Positions 1 through 8,826 of a stretch of 64,000 nucleotides of DNA are shown here, piece by piece (position 1 is the stretch's first letter; each line of letters opens with the position of its first letter). The notes beneath the pieces are model-generated. The model did not search any database and had not been told where the DNA came from. It saw nothing but the letters and a program-made list of their open reading frames with translations. Source of the stretch: Candidatus Aminicenantes bacterium. Its GTDB lineage: Bacteria > Acidobacteriota > Aminicenantia > Aminicenantales > CALLJL01. Both the position numbers and the translations under genes were made by a program. Location of the stretch: contig JBBIRF010000002.1 of assembly GCA_037441905.1 (NCBI GenBank), forward strand, positions 85,806 to 149,805. The letters run 5' to 3'.

Positions 1-561
1 CTTCAATGGGTGGAGTCGCGGGCGAAACGGCCTTTCGAGCCAGTTTATTCGGACGAAGATGCTAACTACGAAGCTGTATATCATTACAATCTTTTTGAGG
101 TCGAACCATGCGTTGCCTGTCCCCATTCAGTGGACAACGTTAAGCCGGTTTCCGCCGTCGCCGGGACGACGATCCATCAGGCGTTAATCGGCACCTGCAC
201 TAACGGCCGGGTCGAGGACCTGGAAGTGGCGGCTCGCATCTTGAAGAAAAAACGGGTTTCTCCGGGGGTCCGTCTTTTAGTCCTGCCCGCTTCCCGCGAC
301 GTTTATGCCGAGGCTTTAAGCTCAGGGATATTAGAAACCCTTTATAATGCTGGAGCTGTAATCTTGAACCCGGGTTGCGGCCCCTGCCTCGGAGCGCACA
401 TGGGAATTCTCGCGCCTGGCGAGGTGGCCCTCTCGACGGCTAACCGCAATTTCCGCGGCCGGATGGGAAGCCGGGATGCATTCATTTACTTAGCCTCACC
501 CGCCACCGTAGCTGCGTCGACAATCGAAGGCAGAATAACTGACCCAAGGGGTTATCTATGA
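1..561 (+). CDS. Aconitase-family dehydratase large subunit (3-isopropylmalate/homoaconitate dehydratase, LeuC/HacA-like); C-terminal part only, 5' end lies outside the window
   Basis: Translation carries the C-terminal LeuC-type motifs GTCTNGR, NPGCGPCLG and STANRNF. The frame is open from nt 1. The stop overlaps the start of the small subunit (ATGA at 558-561). Confidence 0.8.
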   Translation, partial: LQWVESRAKRPFEPVYSDEDANYEAVYHYNLFEVEPCVACPHSVDNVKPVSAVAGTTIHQALIGTCTNGRVEDLEVAARILKKKRVSPGVRLLVLPASRDVYAEALSSGILETLYNAGAVILNPGCGPCLGAHMGILAPGEVALSTANRNFRGRMGSRDAFIYLASPATVAASTIEGRITDPRGYL

Positions 562-1058
562 AAGGGAAAGTCTGGAAATACGGGGATAATATCAATACTG
601 ATGTAATTTTTCCGGGAAAGTATACTTATACCCTGATGCCTCCCGAGGAGATGGCGAAGCATGCGCTCGAAGACCTTGACCCGGAGTTTGCTTCCAAAGT
701 AAAGCCCGGAGATGTGGTCGTGGCCGGCCGTAATTTTGGTTGCGGCAGTTCACGGGAGCAGGCGGGCTCCTGCCTCAAAGCCGCGGGAGTTCAAGCGGTG
801 ATCGCCAAGTCCTTCGCCCGCATTTATTTTCGCAACGCTGTAAACCTCGGGTTGCCCGTAATTCAGTGCGAAGCTGTGGTTGACGCTCTGGAGACGGGCG
901 ATGAAGCTGAAGTCGACCTTGGAGCCGGACTGGTCAAGACGAATAAGGGAGATTTCGTTTTTCCGCCCTTTTCCGCCTCGGTCATCGGCATCCTGGAAGC
1001 AGGCGGTCTCATTCCCTATACGCGGCAGAAGCTTAAAGAAAAAGGGCTGTTAAAATAA
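558..1058 (+). CDS. Aconitase-family dehydratase small subunit (LeuD-like, short archaeal type)
   Basis: 166 aa with the LeuD motifs GDNINTD and GRNFGCGSSRE. It is translationally coupled to the upstream large subunit. Confidence 0.85.
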   Translation: MKGKVWKYGDNINTDVIFPGKYTYTLMPPEEMAKHALEDLDPEFASKVKPGDVVVAGRNFGCGSSREQAGSCLKAAGVQAVIAKSFARIYFRNAVNLGLPVIQCEAVVDALETGDEAEVDLGAGLVKTNKGDFVFPPFSASVIGILEAGGLIPYTRQKLKEKGLLK

Positions 1059-1095
1059 AAAATAATCTGATTTTATTTACATTTTGGAGGGATTA

Positions 1096-2211
1096 ATGGC
1101 TCGCTATCGAATCGCTATTCTTCCCGGAGACGGCGTCGGTCGGGATGTAATCGATGCGGCGATGATAGTCTTGGACAAACTCGACCTGGACGCAGAATAC
1201 CGGTACGGCGAAATTGGCTGGGAATATTGGTGCCGGGAGGGAAACCCCCTTCCTGACCGGACGCTAAAGCTCCTGCGCGAAACCGACGCTTGCTTATTCG
1301 GCGCGATTACGTCCAAACCCAAGGAGGACGCGGAAAAAGAGCTCGACCCGTCGCTTCGAGGGAAAGGGCTTTCGTATTTTAGCCCGATCGTCCGGTTGCG
1401 GCAGGAGTTTGACCTGTATGTGAATTTGAGGCCGAGCAAGGCTTATCCGGGTAACCCCCTGAACTACCGCGACAACATCGACCTGGTGATTTTTAGAGAG
1501 AACACCGAGGGGATGTATGCCGGGGTGGAATTCCATCCGCTTCCTGACGCGGTTCGGCAGGCTCTGTTAATTCATCCGAAAATGAGTGTTTTTAAAGACG
1601 TCCCGGCCGAAGACATAGCTCTCTCCGCCCGGATCATGACCCGGCGAGGCTGCACCCGGATTTTGCGCCGGGCGTTTGAATTCGCCCGCAAGTATAAGAG
1701 GCGTTCCGTCACCTTGGTGGAAAAGCCCAACGTCTTGCGCGAGACAGGCGGGTTCATCCTGAAGCTGGCGCGAGAAATAGCTAAAGAGTATCCGGAGGTT
1801 GAATTCAAAGAAGCCAATATCGACTCGATGACCATGTGGCTGGTAAAAAACCCGCAAGATTATGATGTCCTGGTGGCTGAAAATCTTTTCGGTGATATTA
1901 TTTCCGACCTGGCCGGCCAGTTGGTCGGCGGTCTCGGGTTTGCCTGCGCCGGGAATATCGGGGATAATTACGCCGTATTCGAGCCTGTCCATGGTTCGGC
2001 TCCCAAATATTCGGGGCTTTATAAAGTCAACCCAACAGCCACCCTTTTGGCGGCTAAGATGATGCTCGATTGGCTGGGCGAAACCGAAAAAGCCAACCTG
2101 CTGGAAAACGCAGTGGCAGCTGTAATCAAAGAGGGAAAGGTTAGAACTTACGATATGGGAGGGACGGCGTCGACTCTTGAGATGGCCCGAGCCGTGGCGG
2201 AAAAAATTTAG
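1096..2211 (+). CDS. Beta-decarboxylating dehydrogenase of the isocitrate/isopropylmalate family (3-isopropylmalate dehydrogenase-like)
   Basis: The N-terminus IAILPGDGVGRDV, the NLRP motif and a C-terminal part typical of the LeuB/HICDH family support the call. The real ATG is at 1096 (protein starts MARYR), with a GGAGG 5-9 nt upstream. The ORF-track start at 1084 is a TTG inside the RBS. Confidence 0.8.
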   Translation: MARYRIAILPGDGVGRDVIDAAMIVLDKLDLDAEYRYGEIGWEYWCREGNPLPDRTLKLLRETDACLFGAITSKPKEDAEKELDPSLRGKGLSYFSPIVRLRQEFDLYVNLRPSKAYPGNPLNYRDNIDLVIFRENTEGMYAGVEFHPLPDAVRQALLIHPKMSVFKDVPAEDIALSARIMTRRGCTRILRRAFEFARKYKRRSVTLVEKPNVLRETGGFILKLAREIAKEYPEVEFKEANIDSMTMWLVKNPQDYDVLVAENLFGDIISDLAGQLVGGLGFACAGNIGDNYAVFEPVHGSAPKYSGLYKVNPTATLLAAKMMLDWLGETEKANLLENAVAAVIKEGKVRTYDMGGTASTLEMARAVAEKI

Positions 2212-2316
2212 AGGCAGAAGGATAAATCTAATTAAGCAACATAAAGATGATGAGCGAAAACGAGGGAATAGGGAGCTGCCTCTAAACTTAGACTAAACCT
2301 CTGAGGAGAGGGAAAA

Positions 2317-3567
2317 GTGGGTCAAACTGTAATCGAGAAAATAATTCAAAGTCATTCTGAGGAAGAAGTGCAGCCGGGGAAAGTCGTCTGGGTAAACCTT
2401 GACTTGCGCACGGCCCGGGATTTTGGCGGCCCTAACGTCGTCGTGAACTACGAGCGGGAGTATGACGGCGAGCCGGTCGCCGACGCTTCCCGGACGTTTT
2501 TTACCTTCGACCTTTGCACCCAGGGCAGCCTTCTTCGTTATGCCGATAACCAACAGGTGTGCCGTCTTTTTGCCCAGAAACACGGAATTAAAGTCTATGA
2601 TGTTGACCGGGGAATTGGAACTCATGTCTTGATTGAAGAAGGCCTGGCGAGGGCCGGGTCAACCTGTGTCGGGACTGACAGCCATATGAACCTGTTAGGA
2701 GCCATCGGCTGTTTTGGTCAGGGGATGGGCGATGTGGATATCACCTTTGCTTTCAGGACCGGCCGGACCTGGTTTGAAGTCCCGGCGACGGTCAGAGTTC
2801 GCTTGGAAGGGGAGATAAGCCAGCAAGCCTCGGCCAAGGACCTAACTCTTTTTCTTCTGAAGAACTTAGGCACCCGGGAGCTGGCGGAAAAAGCGGCTGA
2901 ATTCTACGGCCCCGCGGTTGCAAGTCTTGACCTTGCCGGCCGGATTACTCTTTGCAGCATGGTGACTGAGATGGCCGGCGTTATCGGGTTTATTCCCCAG
3001 GCCAGCGATGCTGCCAAGAAGGAGATGGAAGAATACGGCCGAGAAGTGTGGAGACCTCTGATGGCTGACCCGGATGCTATATATATCCAGGACTTGGTTC
3101 TCGACGTTGCCGGGCTGCCCCGGCTGGTAGCTTTGCCCCCATCACCGACAAATGTCCGGGAGCTCTCCGAAGTTAAGGGAAAGCCGGTCCATTCCGGGTT
3201 TATAGGCTCCTGCACTAACGGACGGACGGAAGACTTGAAGGCAGCGGCAGCCATCCTTGAAGGCCGGAGAATAAAAAAAGACGTCAGGCTGAAGATTGTC
3301 CCGGCCACCCGCCGGGTTTATGAAGAATGCTTGAGGAACGGAATTATAGAAACTCTTTTCCGGAGTGGCGCTATTGTTATGAACCCCGGCTGCGGCGGAT
3401 GCGCGGAAGGACATGCCGGCCTTACCGGCCGGGGCGAGGTCCAGGTGAGTACCGGGAACCGCAATTTCCCCGGGAAGCAGGGAAAAGGCGAGATTATTCT
3501 GGCGAGTCCGGAGGTTGTCGCCGCTTCCTGCATTCTCGGGTATCTGGCTGGACCGGAGGAGCTCTGA
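2317..3567 (+). CDS. Second aconitase-family dehydratase large subunit (LeuC/HacA-like, ~416 aa archaeal-type)
   Basis: The C-terminal motifs GSCTNGR, NPGCGGC and STGNRNF are paralogous to the truncated gene at 1-561. It has a GTG start with a GAGGAGAGGG RBS. Confidence 0.8.
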   Translation: MGQTVIEKIIQSHSEEEVQPGKVVWVNLDLRTARDFGGPNVVVNYEREYDGEPVADASRTFFTFDLCTQGSLLRYADNQQVCRLFAQKHGIKVYDVDRGIGTHVLIEEGLARAGSTCVGTDSHMNLLGAIGCFGQGMGDVDITFAFRTGRTWFEVPATVRVRLEGEISQQASAKDLTLFLLKNLGTRELAEKAAEFYGPAVASLDLAGRITLCSMVTEMAGVIGFIPQASDAAKKEMEEYGREVWRPLMADPDAIYIQDLVLDVAGLPRLVALPPSPTNVRELSEVKGKPVHSGFIGSCTNGRTEDLKAAAAILEGRRIKKDVRLKIVPATRRVYEECLRNGIIETLFRSGAIVMNPGCGGCAEGHAGLTGRGEVQVSTGNRNFPGKQGKGEIILASPEVVAASCILGYLAGPEEL

Positions 3568-4101
3568 ATGAAAGAAGCAAAAATTAAAGGCAGGATATGG
3601 GTTCTTCTCGGCGAAGACGGCTCCCTGCTCGAAGATATCGACACCGACCAGATTTATCATAATGCCTTTCTTCATATCACTGAGTTAAAGCAGATGGGCC
3701 AACATGCGCTGGGGAACCTCAGGGGCTGGGAAGATTTTCCGTCAAAAGCTCAACCAGGCGATATCCTGGTCGCCGGCCGGAATTTTGGCGCTGGTTCTTC
3801 GCGGCAGCAGGCGGTTGACTGTTTCATAGCTCTCGGTTTAGCCGGAATTATTGCTCCCTCCTATTCGCCCATCTATTTCCGCAACGCCATCAATTCTGGG
3901 CTGCCGGTGCTTCGTTGTCTTGAGCTTCCCGAGCTTTTAGCCGCGGGAAATCTCGAGACCGGCGACCTCGTCGAAGTCCATTTTACCGACGGACAGGGCA
4001 TTAATGTTACCAAGAATGTATCATTTAAGCTCGAACCGATGAGCCAGGTTCAGCTGGCCATCTGGCAGGCGGGTAACCTTTTTGCCTTTGGTCGGAAATA
4101 A
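3568..4101 (+). CDS. Second aconitase-family dehydratase small subunit (LeuD-like)
   Basis: 177 aa with GRNFGAGSSRQ and IYFRNA, paralogous to 558-1058. The ATG directly abuts the upstream TGA. Confidence 0.8.
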   Translation: MKEAKIKGRIWVLLGEDGSLLEDIDTDQIYHNAFLHITELKQMGQHALGNLRGWEDFPSKAQPGDILVAGRNFGAGSSRQQAVDCFIALGLAGIIAPSYSPIYFRNAINSGLPVLRCLELPELLAAGNLETGDLVEVHFTDGQGINVTKNVSFKLEPMSQVQLAIWQAGNLFAFGRK

Positions 4102-4112
4102 GACTCTTAAGA

Positions 4113-4823
4113 ATGTTGGTTTTAGCCTTTGACACTACTACCCCCGACGGTTCGGTTGCTTTGCTCTCAGACGGACTTTTGCTGGGAGAGGTGGGAACAT
4201 CCGGGGCTTCTTCCCATTCCCTCCGGCTTTTTCCGGCGATAGACTTCCTGTTGCGCCAACTCTCCTTAGGGGTTAAGGATGTCGACGCTTTCGCCGTGGC
4301 CGCGGGCCCTGGTTCTTTTACTGGAATCAGGGTAGGGTTGAGTACAGCCAAAGGGTTGGCTCTCTCAGCTGATAAATTAATCGCGGCCGTTTCTACCCTG
4401 AAGGCTTTGGCGCTCAAAGGCCACTCTGAGGAGAGGCAACCGGTGGCGGCGATGGTGGACGCCCGGAAAGGAGAGGTTTTTGCCGGTCTATTTAAAATGA
4501 AGGGGGGCGAACTCGAAACGGTCGTGCCTGAGGCGGCTTACAAGCCGGATAATTTCCTGACCCTCCTGCCGAAAAAAGGGAAAATAAGTTTCATCGGCAG
4601 CGGAGCCATTGCTTACCGAGAAAAAATTATTGCTCATTGCGGCGAGCGAGCCCTTTTTCCTTCCAGAAGTCTTTACATAGCCAGGGAGGTTGGCCTCTTA
4701 GGCATCGAACTCCTGCGGGAGGGAAAGGGGGTAAGGCCCCAGGAGCTCGAGCCTCTCTATTATCGTCCATCTCAGGCTGAGGAGAAAAGGCTATCGTCTC
4801 TGAAGTCCGGGAGAAATTCATAA
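4113..4823 (+). CDS. tsaB: tRNA threonylcarbamoyladenosine biosynthesis protein TsaB (YeaZ)
   Basis: The N-terminus LAFDTTTPDGSVALL and the motif GPGSFTGIRVGLSTAKGLA are typical of the inactive Kae1/TsaD paralog. The gene sits next to rimI. Confidence 0.8.
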   Translation: MLVLAFDTTTPDGSVALLSDGLLLGEVGTSGASSHSLRLFPAIDFLLRQLSLGVKDVDAFAVAAGPGSFTGIRVGLSTAKGLALSADKLIAAVSTLKALALKGHSEERQPVAAMVDARKGEVFAGLFKMKGGELETVVPEAAYKPDNFLTLLPKKGKISFIGSGAIAYREKIIAHCGERALFPSRSLYIAREVGLLGIELLREGKGVRPQELEPLYYRPSQAEEKRLSSLKSGRNS

Positions 4824-4831
4824 TCCGCCGG

Positions 4832-5266
4832 ATGGAAGAGAAAGACCTTCCGGCGGTTCTGGCCATTGAAAGAGTTTCTTTTCCCAACCCCTGGCATGAG
4901 AGCACCTTCAGGGGAGAAATCCACAACCGGTCGATTTCTTTTCCTTACGTTATGCTTAAAGAAGGGGAAAATAAAGTTGTGGGCTATGTTATTTATTGGA
5001 AGGTCGGGGATGAAGTTCAGGTGAATAATATCGCTGTTCATCCCGATTACCGCCGCCGTGGTCTGGGAGAAGCTCTTTTACGCCACGTAATCACCAAAGC
5101 TAAGGAGCAGGGAGTTAATTTCATCAGCTTAGAAGTCAGGCGGTCCAACCTGGCTGCCCAATCTCTTTACCGTAAGCTGGGGTTTGAGCCCCTGGGAGTC
5201 CGGCGTTTTTATTACTCTAACCCGATTGAAGACGCTATCGTCATGGGTCTTAGTTTAGGCTCGTAA
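4832..5266 (+). CDS. rimI: Ribosomal-protein-alanine N-acetyltransferase RimI (GNAT family)
   Basis: 144-aa GNAT protein with the motif HPDYRRRGLGEALL, in the canonical tsaB-rimI arrangement. Confidence 0.75.
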   Translation: MEEKDLPAVLAIERVSFPNPWHESTFRGEIHNRSISFPYVMLKEGENKVVGYVIYWKVGDEVQVNNIAVHPDYRRRGLGEALLRHVITKAKEQGVNFISLEVRRSNLAAQSLYRKLGFEPLGVRRFYYSNPIEDAIVMGLSLGS

Positions 5267-5988
5267 ATCACGCGCTTAAGGCATAAACCTTTCGCCGGAG
5301 CCACCGCCATCGCCCGGGTGGGTTTTTTGCCTTTGAGCCATTCTTCGATTTCTTCGAGGGTCAGTCTATCCCGGCCGACTTCAAGAAGCGTGCCGACGAT
5401 CGTCCGGACCATATAGCGAAGAAAACCGTTTGCTTCCACCCGGTAAGTAATCATCGACCCTTTTTTCTTGATTTCCGAGAGGTAGACGTGGCGGACAGGG
5501 TTAGGAGGTGGGTGGGGAGTAAAAGCGCTGAAGTCGGCTTCGCGGACGAAAAGCCCGGCCGCCGCTTGCATTTTGCTCAGGTTGAGGGGGTAGGGCCAGG
5601 GGAGGACGTAACGAAAAAGAAAGGGTGAAACTCGCCGGGAGTTAAGGATCCGGTATTCGTAGATTTTCGAGAAAGCCGAGCGTCGGGCATGAAACCCGGC
5701 CGGCACTCGCCGGAGGGAGACAAGTTTCACATCCCAGGGAAGGAGGGCGTTAAGAGCCTGAGCGAGCTCGGCCTCTTTCAGCGAGAGCCGGGCCCGAAAA
5801 TGAGCCACCTGACCCTGAGCATGAACGCCGGCGTCAGTTCGGCCGGCACCGATTATCTTAATTTCTTCACCGGTGAGTTTCTTAAGAGTTTCTTCGATGA
5901 CCCCCTGGACTGTCCTCAAGTTTTTTTGACGCTGCCACCCATGAAAATCCGTTCCGTCATAGGAGATGACAAGTTTATAAACAGCCAT
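5212..5988 (-). CDS. truA: tRNA pseudouridine(38-40) synthase TruA
   Basis: 258 aa; the N-terminus YKLVISYDGTDFHGWQRQ and the motif GAGRTDAGVHA match the catalytic Asp motif of TruA. Confidence 0.85.
   Translation of the reverse strand: MAVYKLVISYDGTDFHGWQRQKNLRTVQGVIEETLKKLTGEEIKIIGAGRTDAGVHAQGQVAHFRARLSLKEAELAQALNALLPWDVKLVSLRRVPAGFHARRSAFSKIYEYRILNSRRVSPFLFRYVLPWPYPLNLSKMQAAAGLFVREADFSAFTPHPPPNPVRHVYLSEIKKKGSMITYRVEANGFLRYMVRTIVGTLLEVGRDRLTLEEIEEWLKGKKPTRAMAVAPAKGLCLKRVIYEPKLRPMTIASSIGLE
5296..5328 (+). terminator. Candidate intrinsic terminator for rimI, lying inside the convergent truA 3' coding end
   Basis: CCACC(5301-5305) and GGTGG(5317-5321) can form a GC stem, followed by GTTTTTTG. 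On the minus strand it reads A-run then hairpin, so it is oriented for the plus strand only. Confidence 0.3.
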
Positions 5989-5991
5989 GTC

Positions 5992-6444
5992 TTAAGGCCA
6001 GGCCAGACGACATGCCTCCTCTGGCGTTCGGGCCTGGATAACACCCGGAATCTCCCAGCTCTCAAGCGAAACGATTTTTTTATTATATATTCGGCCGAAA
6101 GCGATCTCGCTCAAAGTGCCGTATTCTCCGCCGACAGCAATCAAAGAGTCAGAATTAAGAGCGACCAGGGCGTTACGGGCATGACCCATGCCGGTGACAA
6201 TAACGATATCTATAAAAGGGTTTGCCTCGGCCGCGTCTGAGCCTGGAAGAATGCCTATGGTTAACCCGCCTGCTTGTTTGGCGCCCCTGGCGGCGGCTTC
6301 CATGACACCTCCCAACCCGCCACAAATAACCACCCCGCCCTTTTGAGCCACGAGCTTGCCAACCTCGAAGGCCAATTCCAGATGAGCGGCTGAAGGACGG
6401 CTGCCGCCGATGATCCCAATCCGCACTTTGCCTCTTAAGTCCAT
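5992..6444 (-). CDS. TIGR00725/LOG-like Rossmann-fold nucleotide-binding protein (lysine-decarboxylase-like family)
   Basis: The motif GGxGGVMEAAARGA fits the family. The likely start is the ATG at 6442-6444 (MDLRGKVRIGIIGGS). The ORF-track TTG start at 6561 adds 39 junk-looking residues and would leave no room for divergent promoters. Confidence 0.6.
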   Translation of the reverse strand: MDLRGKVRIGIIGGSRPSAAHLELAFEVGKLVAQKGGVVICGGLGGVMEAAARGAKQAGGLTIGILPGSDAAEANPFIDIVIVTGMGHARNALVALNSDSLIAVGGEYGTLSEIAFGRIYNKKIVSLESWEIPGVIQARTPEEACRLAWP

Positions 6445-6580
6445 CGGAAGCAAAAAATTAACACAGGAATAGACGCATTGCAACCAGCGAAAGGAATGTT
6501 TAGGGCCCTTAGAATAAGCCGGGTCGGCTTGATGGCATGGCGGGAAAAAGCTAAAATTCAATTTTTAAAAGTAAGGACGA

Positions 6581-8560
6581 ATGAAGCTGCGAAGCTTTAT
6601 TTTATTTTTCGTTATTGCTCAGCTGCTTTTTCCCGCTTGCCGAAATTTCTTCCCGGGCAATATAATGGGGATTAAGCTAAGCCATCTTTTTGACCTCAGG
6701 AATGTCGAACTGAGTCCTTTCAAGAATCCAAGCTTAGACGGCGAAAAGGATTTTGTCCCTGAGGATTGCCCGCCGCTCGAAAAAGAGGAGACTGGCCCCA
6801 ACCCCTATAACCTTAAGAGGCGTCTCCACATCGGGCCAATATCTTTAAACATAATCCTGGCCACGCCGCAGAGCCGGTATTCCTGGGAGCTATCTCTACC
6901 GCCTCGGAGCTATCTTGAGTTTGGTATCGGGCTCGTCCGCGACAGGAACTTCGAGGACCTGGCCGCGAGACATAACCTTAACCCTGAAGGGGTTGAGTTC
7001 CTGGTGCGACTCGAGAGAGCCGGCCGAACCAGGACTGTTTTCCAGGATTTTTTGCGGATGCCAGAAAAAAAAGAGTCACGGACGGTTTCTTTCGAAGTCC
7101 ATCGGGTTGACCTGCCTCCAGAGGGCGGCCGGTTTCGGTTAACCTTAGAAACAGACGGGGAAGGGTGGCCTTTTGCCTTCTGGTACAGCCCGATGGTTGT
7201 TCCAAGAAAGGAGGAGCCGGCCGGGATTATTCTGATTTCCCTCGACACCCTCCGGGCCGACCACCTTGGTTGCTATGGCTACTCCCGACCGACAAGCCTG
7301 GCTACCGACGAGCTTTCGCGGGAGGGAGTGCTTTTCGAGCAGGCAATTTCCACTTCTTCCTGGACATTGCCGGCCCATGTTTCCCTCCTGACCTCTTCCA
7401 ACCCAGCCCGGCATGGCGTGATGGCTGCCGACGATAAGATGCCTTTAACCCTGGTTACTCTGGCTGAAGTTCTCAGCCGTCATGGCTTCTTTTGCGGCGC
7501 CATAACCGGAGGCGGTTTTCTCTCTCCTATTTATGGGTTCGGCCGGGGGTTTGATTTCTACAACGAAGCTGAAGGTTCGGTGGATTATGAGAATTCAGCC
7601 GAGCTCGTCCTAAGAGCCGCCCAGAGCTGGCTTGAGGACCATAAAGAGAAGGATTTTTTCCTTTTTCTCCATACCTACCAGGTTCATAGCCCCTATAAAT
7701 CTCCTGAGCCCTATCGCCACCGCTTTTTGTCGGCCGATGCTCTCTTTGATGAAATCAATATGGAACGCCACCTCGGAGGAAAAGGAGGTGTTTTTCGGAG
7801 CCTGACCGAAAGCGAACGAAAGAATATTATCGATTTATACGATAATGAAATTAAGTATACGGATGAGGCCCTGGTTGGCGGTCTGGTAAAATGGTTGAAG
7901 GAGAAAAACCTTTATGACCGGGTGATGATTGTCCTCACCAGCGACCACGGCGAGGAATTCTACGAGCACGGCGCCTGGACTCATGGTCCCCACCTTTACC
8001 AGGAAGCGATTCGAGTGCCTTTGGTTATTAAGTTCCCCCACGGTGAATTCCGGGGGAAAAAGGTTGACCGGATAGTCCGGCTTACCGACATCAGCCCTAC
8101 CATCCTCGAGGCGGCAGGAATAAAAAAACGTCTTGCGGTGTGGGATGGAGCGAGCCTTTACTCCGTTTTAAAGGGCGACGAAACCAAAGACCGGGTTTTC
8201 CTGGCTGATACTTGCTGGCTTTCGGGCGAGGTTTGCGGCGAACCAGAGTCGGGCAGGCTGCCGATGAGCGTGGCCACCAACGTCGGAAAGAATAAGGTCA
8301 TCATAAACCAGGATTGGCCTGATTCCCTGAGTAAAGCTTACGAGCCGGGGCCGCGAGCCTGGCCCTCTTTTGAGCTGTATGATTTAGATAAAGATAAGGC
8401 TGAAGTCAAGAACCTGGCTGGTGAAAAAGCGGACCTCCTCAGAGAAACCCTCGAGCGAATCAGGTCTTATTATCGTCAGATGAAAAAGATGACCTTGCTT
8501 AAAGTCCCGCTGACCGAGGAACAGCTGGAGAAGCTCCGGGCTTTAGGGTATATTCATTAA
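6581..8560 (+). CDS. Secreted/membrane sulfatase-fold (alkaline phosphatase superfamily) enzyme with a novel ~200-aa N-terminal domain; the formylglycine Cys is replaced by Thr
   Basis: Sulfatase-family blocks LISLDTLRADHLGCYGY and LTSDHGEEFYEHG are present. The segment STSSWTLPAHVSLLTS aligns gap-free with the sulfatase signature STSPVCSPSRAALLTG, placing Thr at the Cys position and His at the Arg position. The N-terminus is hydrophobic and signal-peptide-like. Confidence 0.7.
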   Translation: MKLRSFILFFVIAQLLFPACRNFFPGNIMGIKLSHLFDLRNVELSPFKNPSLDGEKDFVPEDCPPLEKEETGPNPYNLKRRLHIGPISLNIILATPQSRYSWELSLPPRSYLEFGIGLVRDRNFEDLAARHNLNPEGVEFLVRLERAGRTRTVFQDFLRMPEKKESRTVSFEVHRVDLPPEGGRFRLTLETDGEGWPFAFWYSPMVVPRKEEPAGIILISLDTLRADHLGCYGYSRPTSLATDELSREGVLFEQAISTSSWTLPAHVSLLTSSNPARHGVMAADDKMPLTLVTLAEVLSRHGFFCGAITGGGFLSPIYGFGRGFDFYNEAEGSVDYENSAELVLRAAQSWLEDHKEKDFFLFLHTYQVHSPYKSPEPYRHRFLSADALFDEINMERHLGGKGGVFRSLTESERKNIIDLYDNEIKYTDEALVGGLVKWLKEKNLYDRVMIVLTSDHGEEFYEHGAWTHGPHLYQEAIRVPLVIKFPHGEFRGKKVDRIVRLTDISPTILEAAGIKKRLAVWDGASLYSVLKGDETKDRVFLADTCWLSGEVCGEPESGRLPMSVATNVGKNKVIINQDWPDSLSKAYEPGPRAWPSFELYDLDKDKAEVKNLAGEKADLLRETLERIRSYYRQMKKMTLLKVPLTEEQLEKLRALGYIH

Positions 8561-8581
8561 TAAACCGGATGGAGGCCTAAC

Positions 8582-8794
8582 ATGCCCCGTTTTTTTGATA
8601 TCTTTTGTCTTAGCCAGGAAGAACAGGAAAACCTAAGCCGGGAAATTGAGCGCCGGCTGGAAGAAAAAAAGAAGCAGGGGATTCTGACCGACAGGGAGAT
8701 TTTAGAAATCGAAGCGATGAAGCTACGACCGCTTCCGGATATCCAGGATGTCCAGAGCGTTTATGAGGACCATCTTTTTCGGCCGAAGGATTAG
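8582..8794 (+). CDS. Hypothetical small charged protein (70 aa)
   Basis: A GGAGG lies 8 nt upstream, the codon usage is plausible, and the gene is tightly spaced within the operon. No family was recognised. Confidence 0.45.
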   Translation: MPRFFDIFCLSQEEQENLSREIERRLEEKKKQGILTDREILEIEAMKLRPLPDIQDVQSVYEDHLFRPKD

Positions 8795-8826
8795 AGCCGC
8801 CAGAGGTCGTTTACCGGGAGGAAACA

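Noticed and set aside
1104-1992. Minus-strand ORFs (111, 80, 141 and 87 aa) inside the dehydrogenase gene. Similar antisense or off-frame ORFs lie inside ftsA (20973-21443), the Fe-ADH (47200-47766), gyrA (53581-54732) and rpoD (62653-62879).
   Set aside because: They lie entirely within strongly supported genes, their R/S/P/G-rich composition is typical of antisense frames of GC-rich coding DNA, and they have no RBS.
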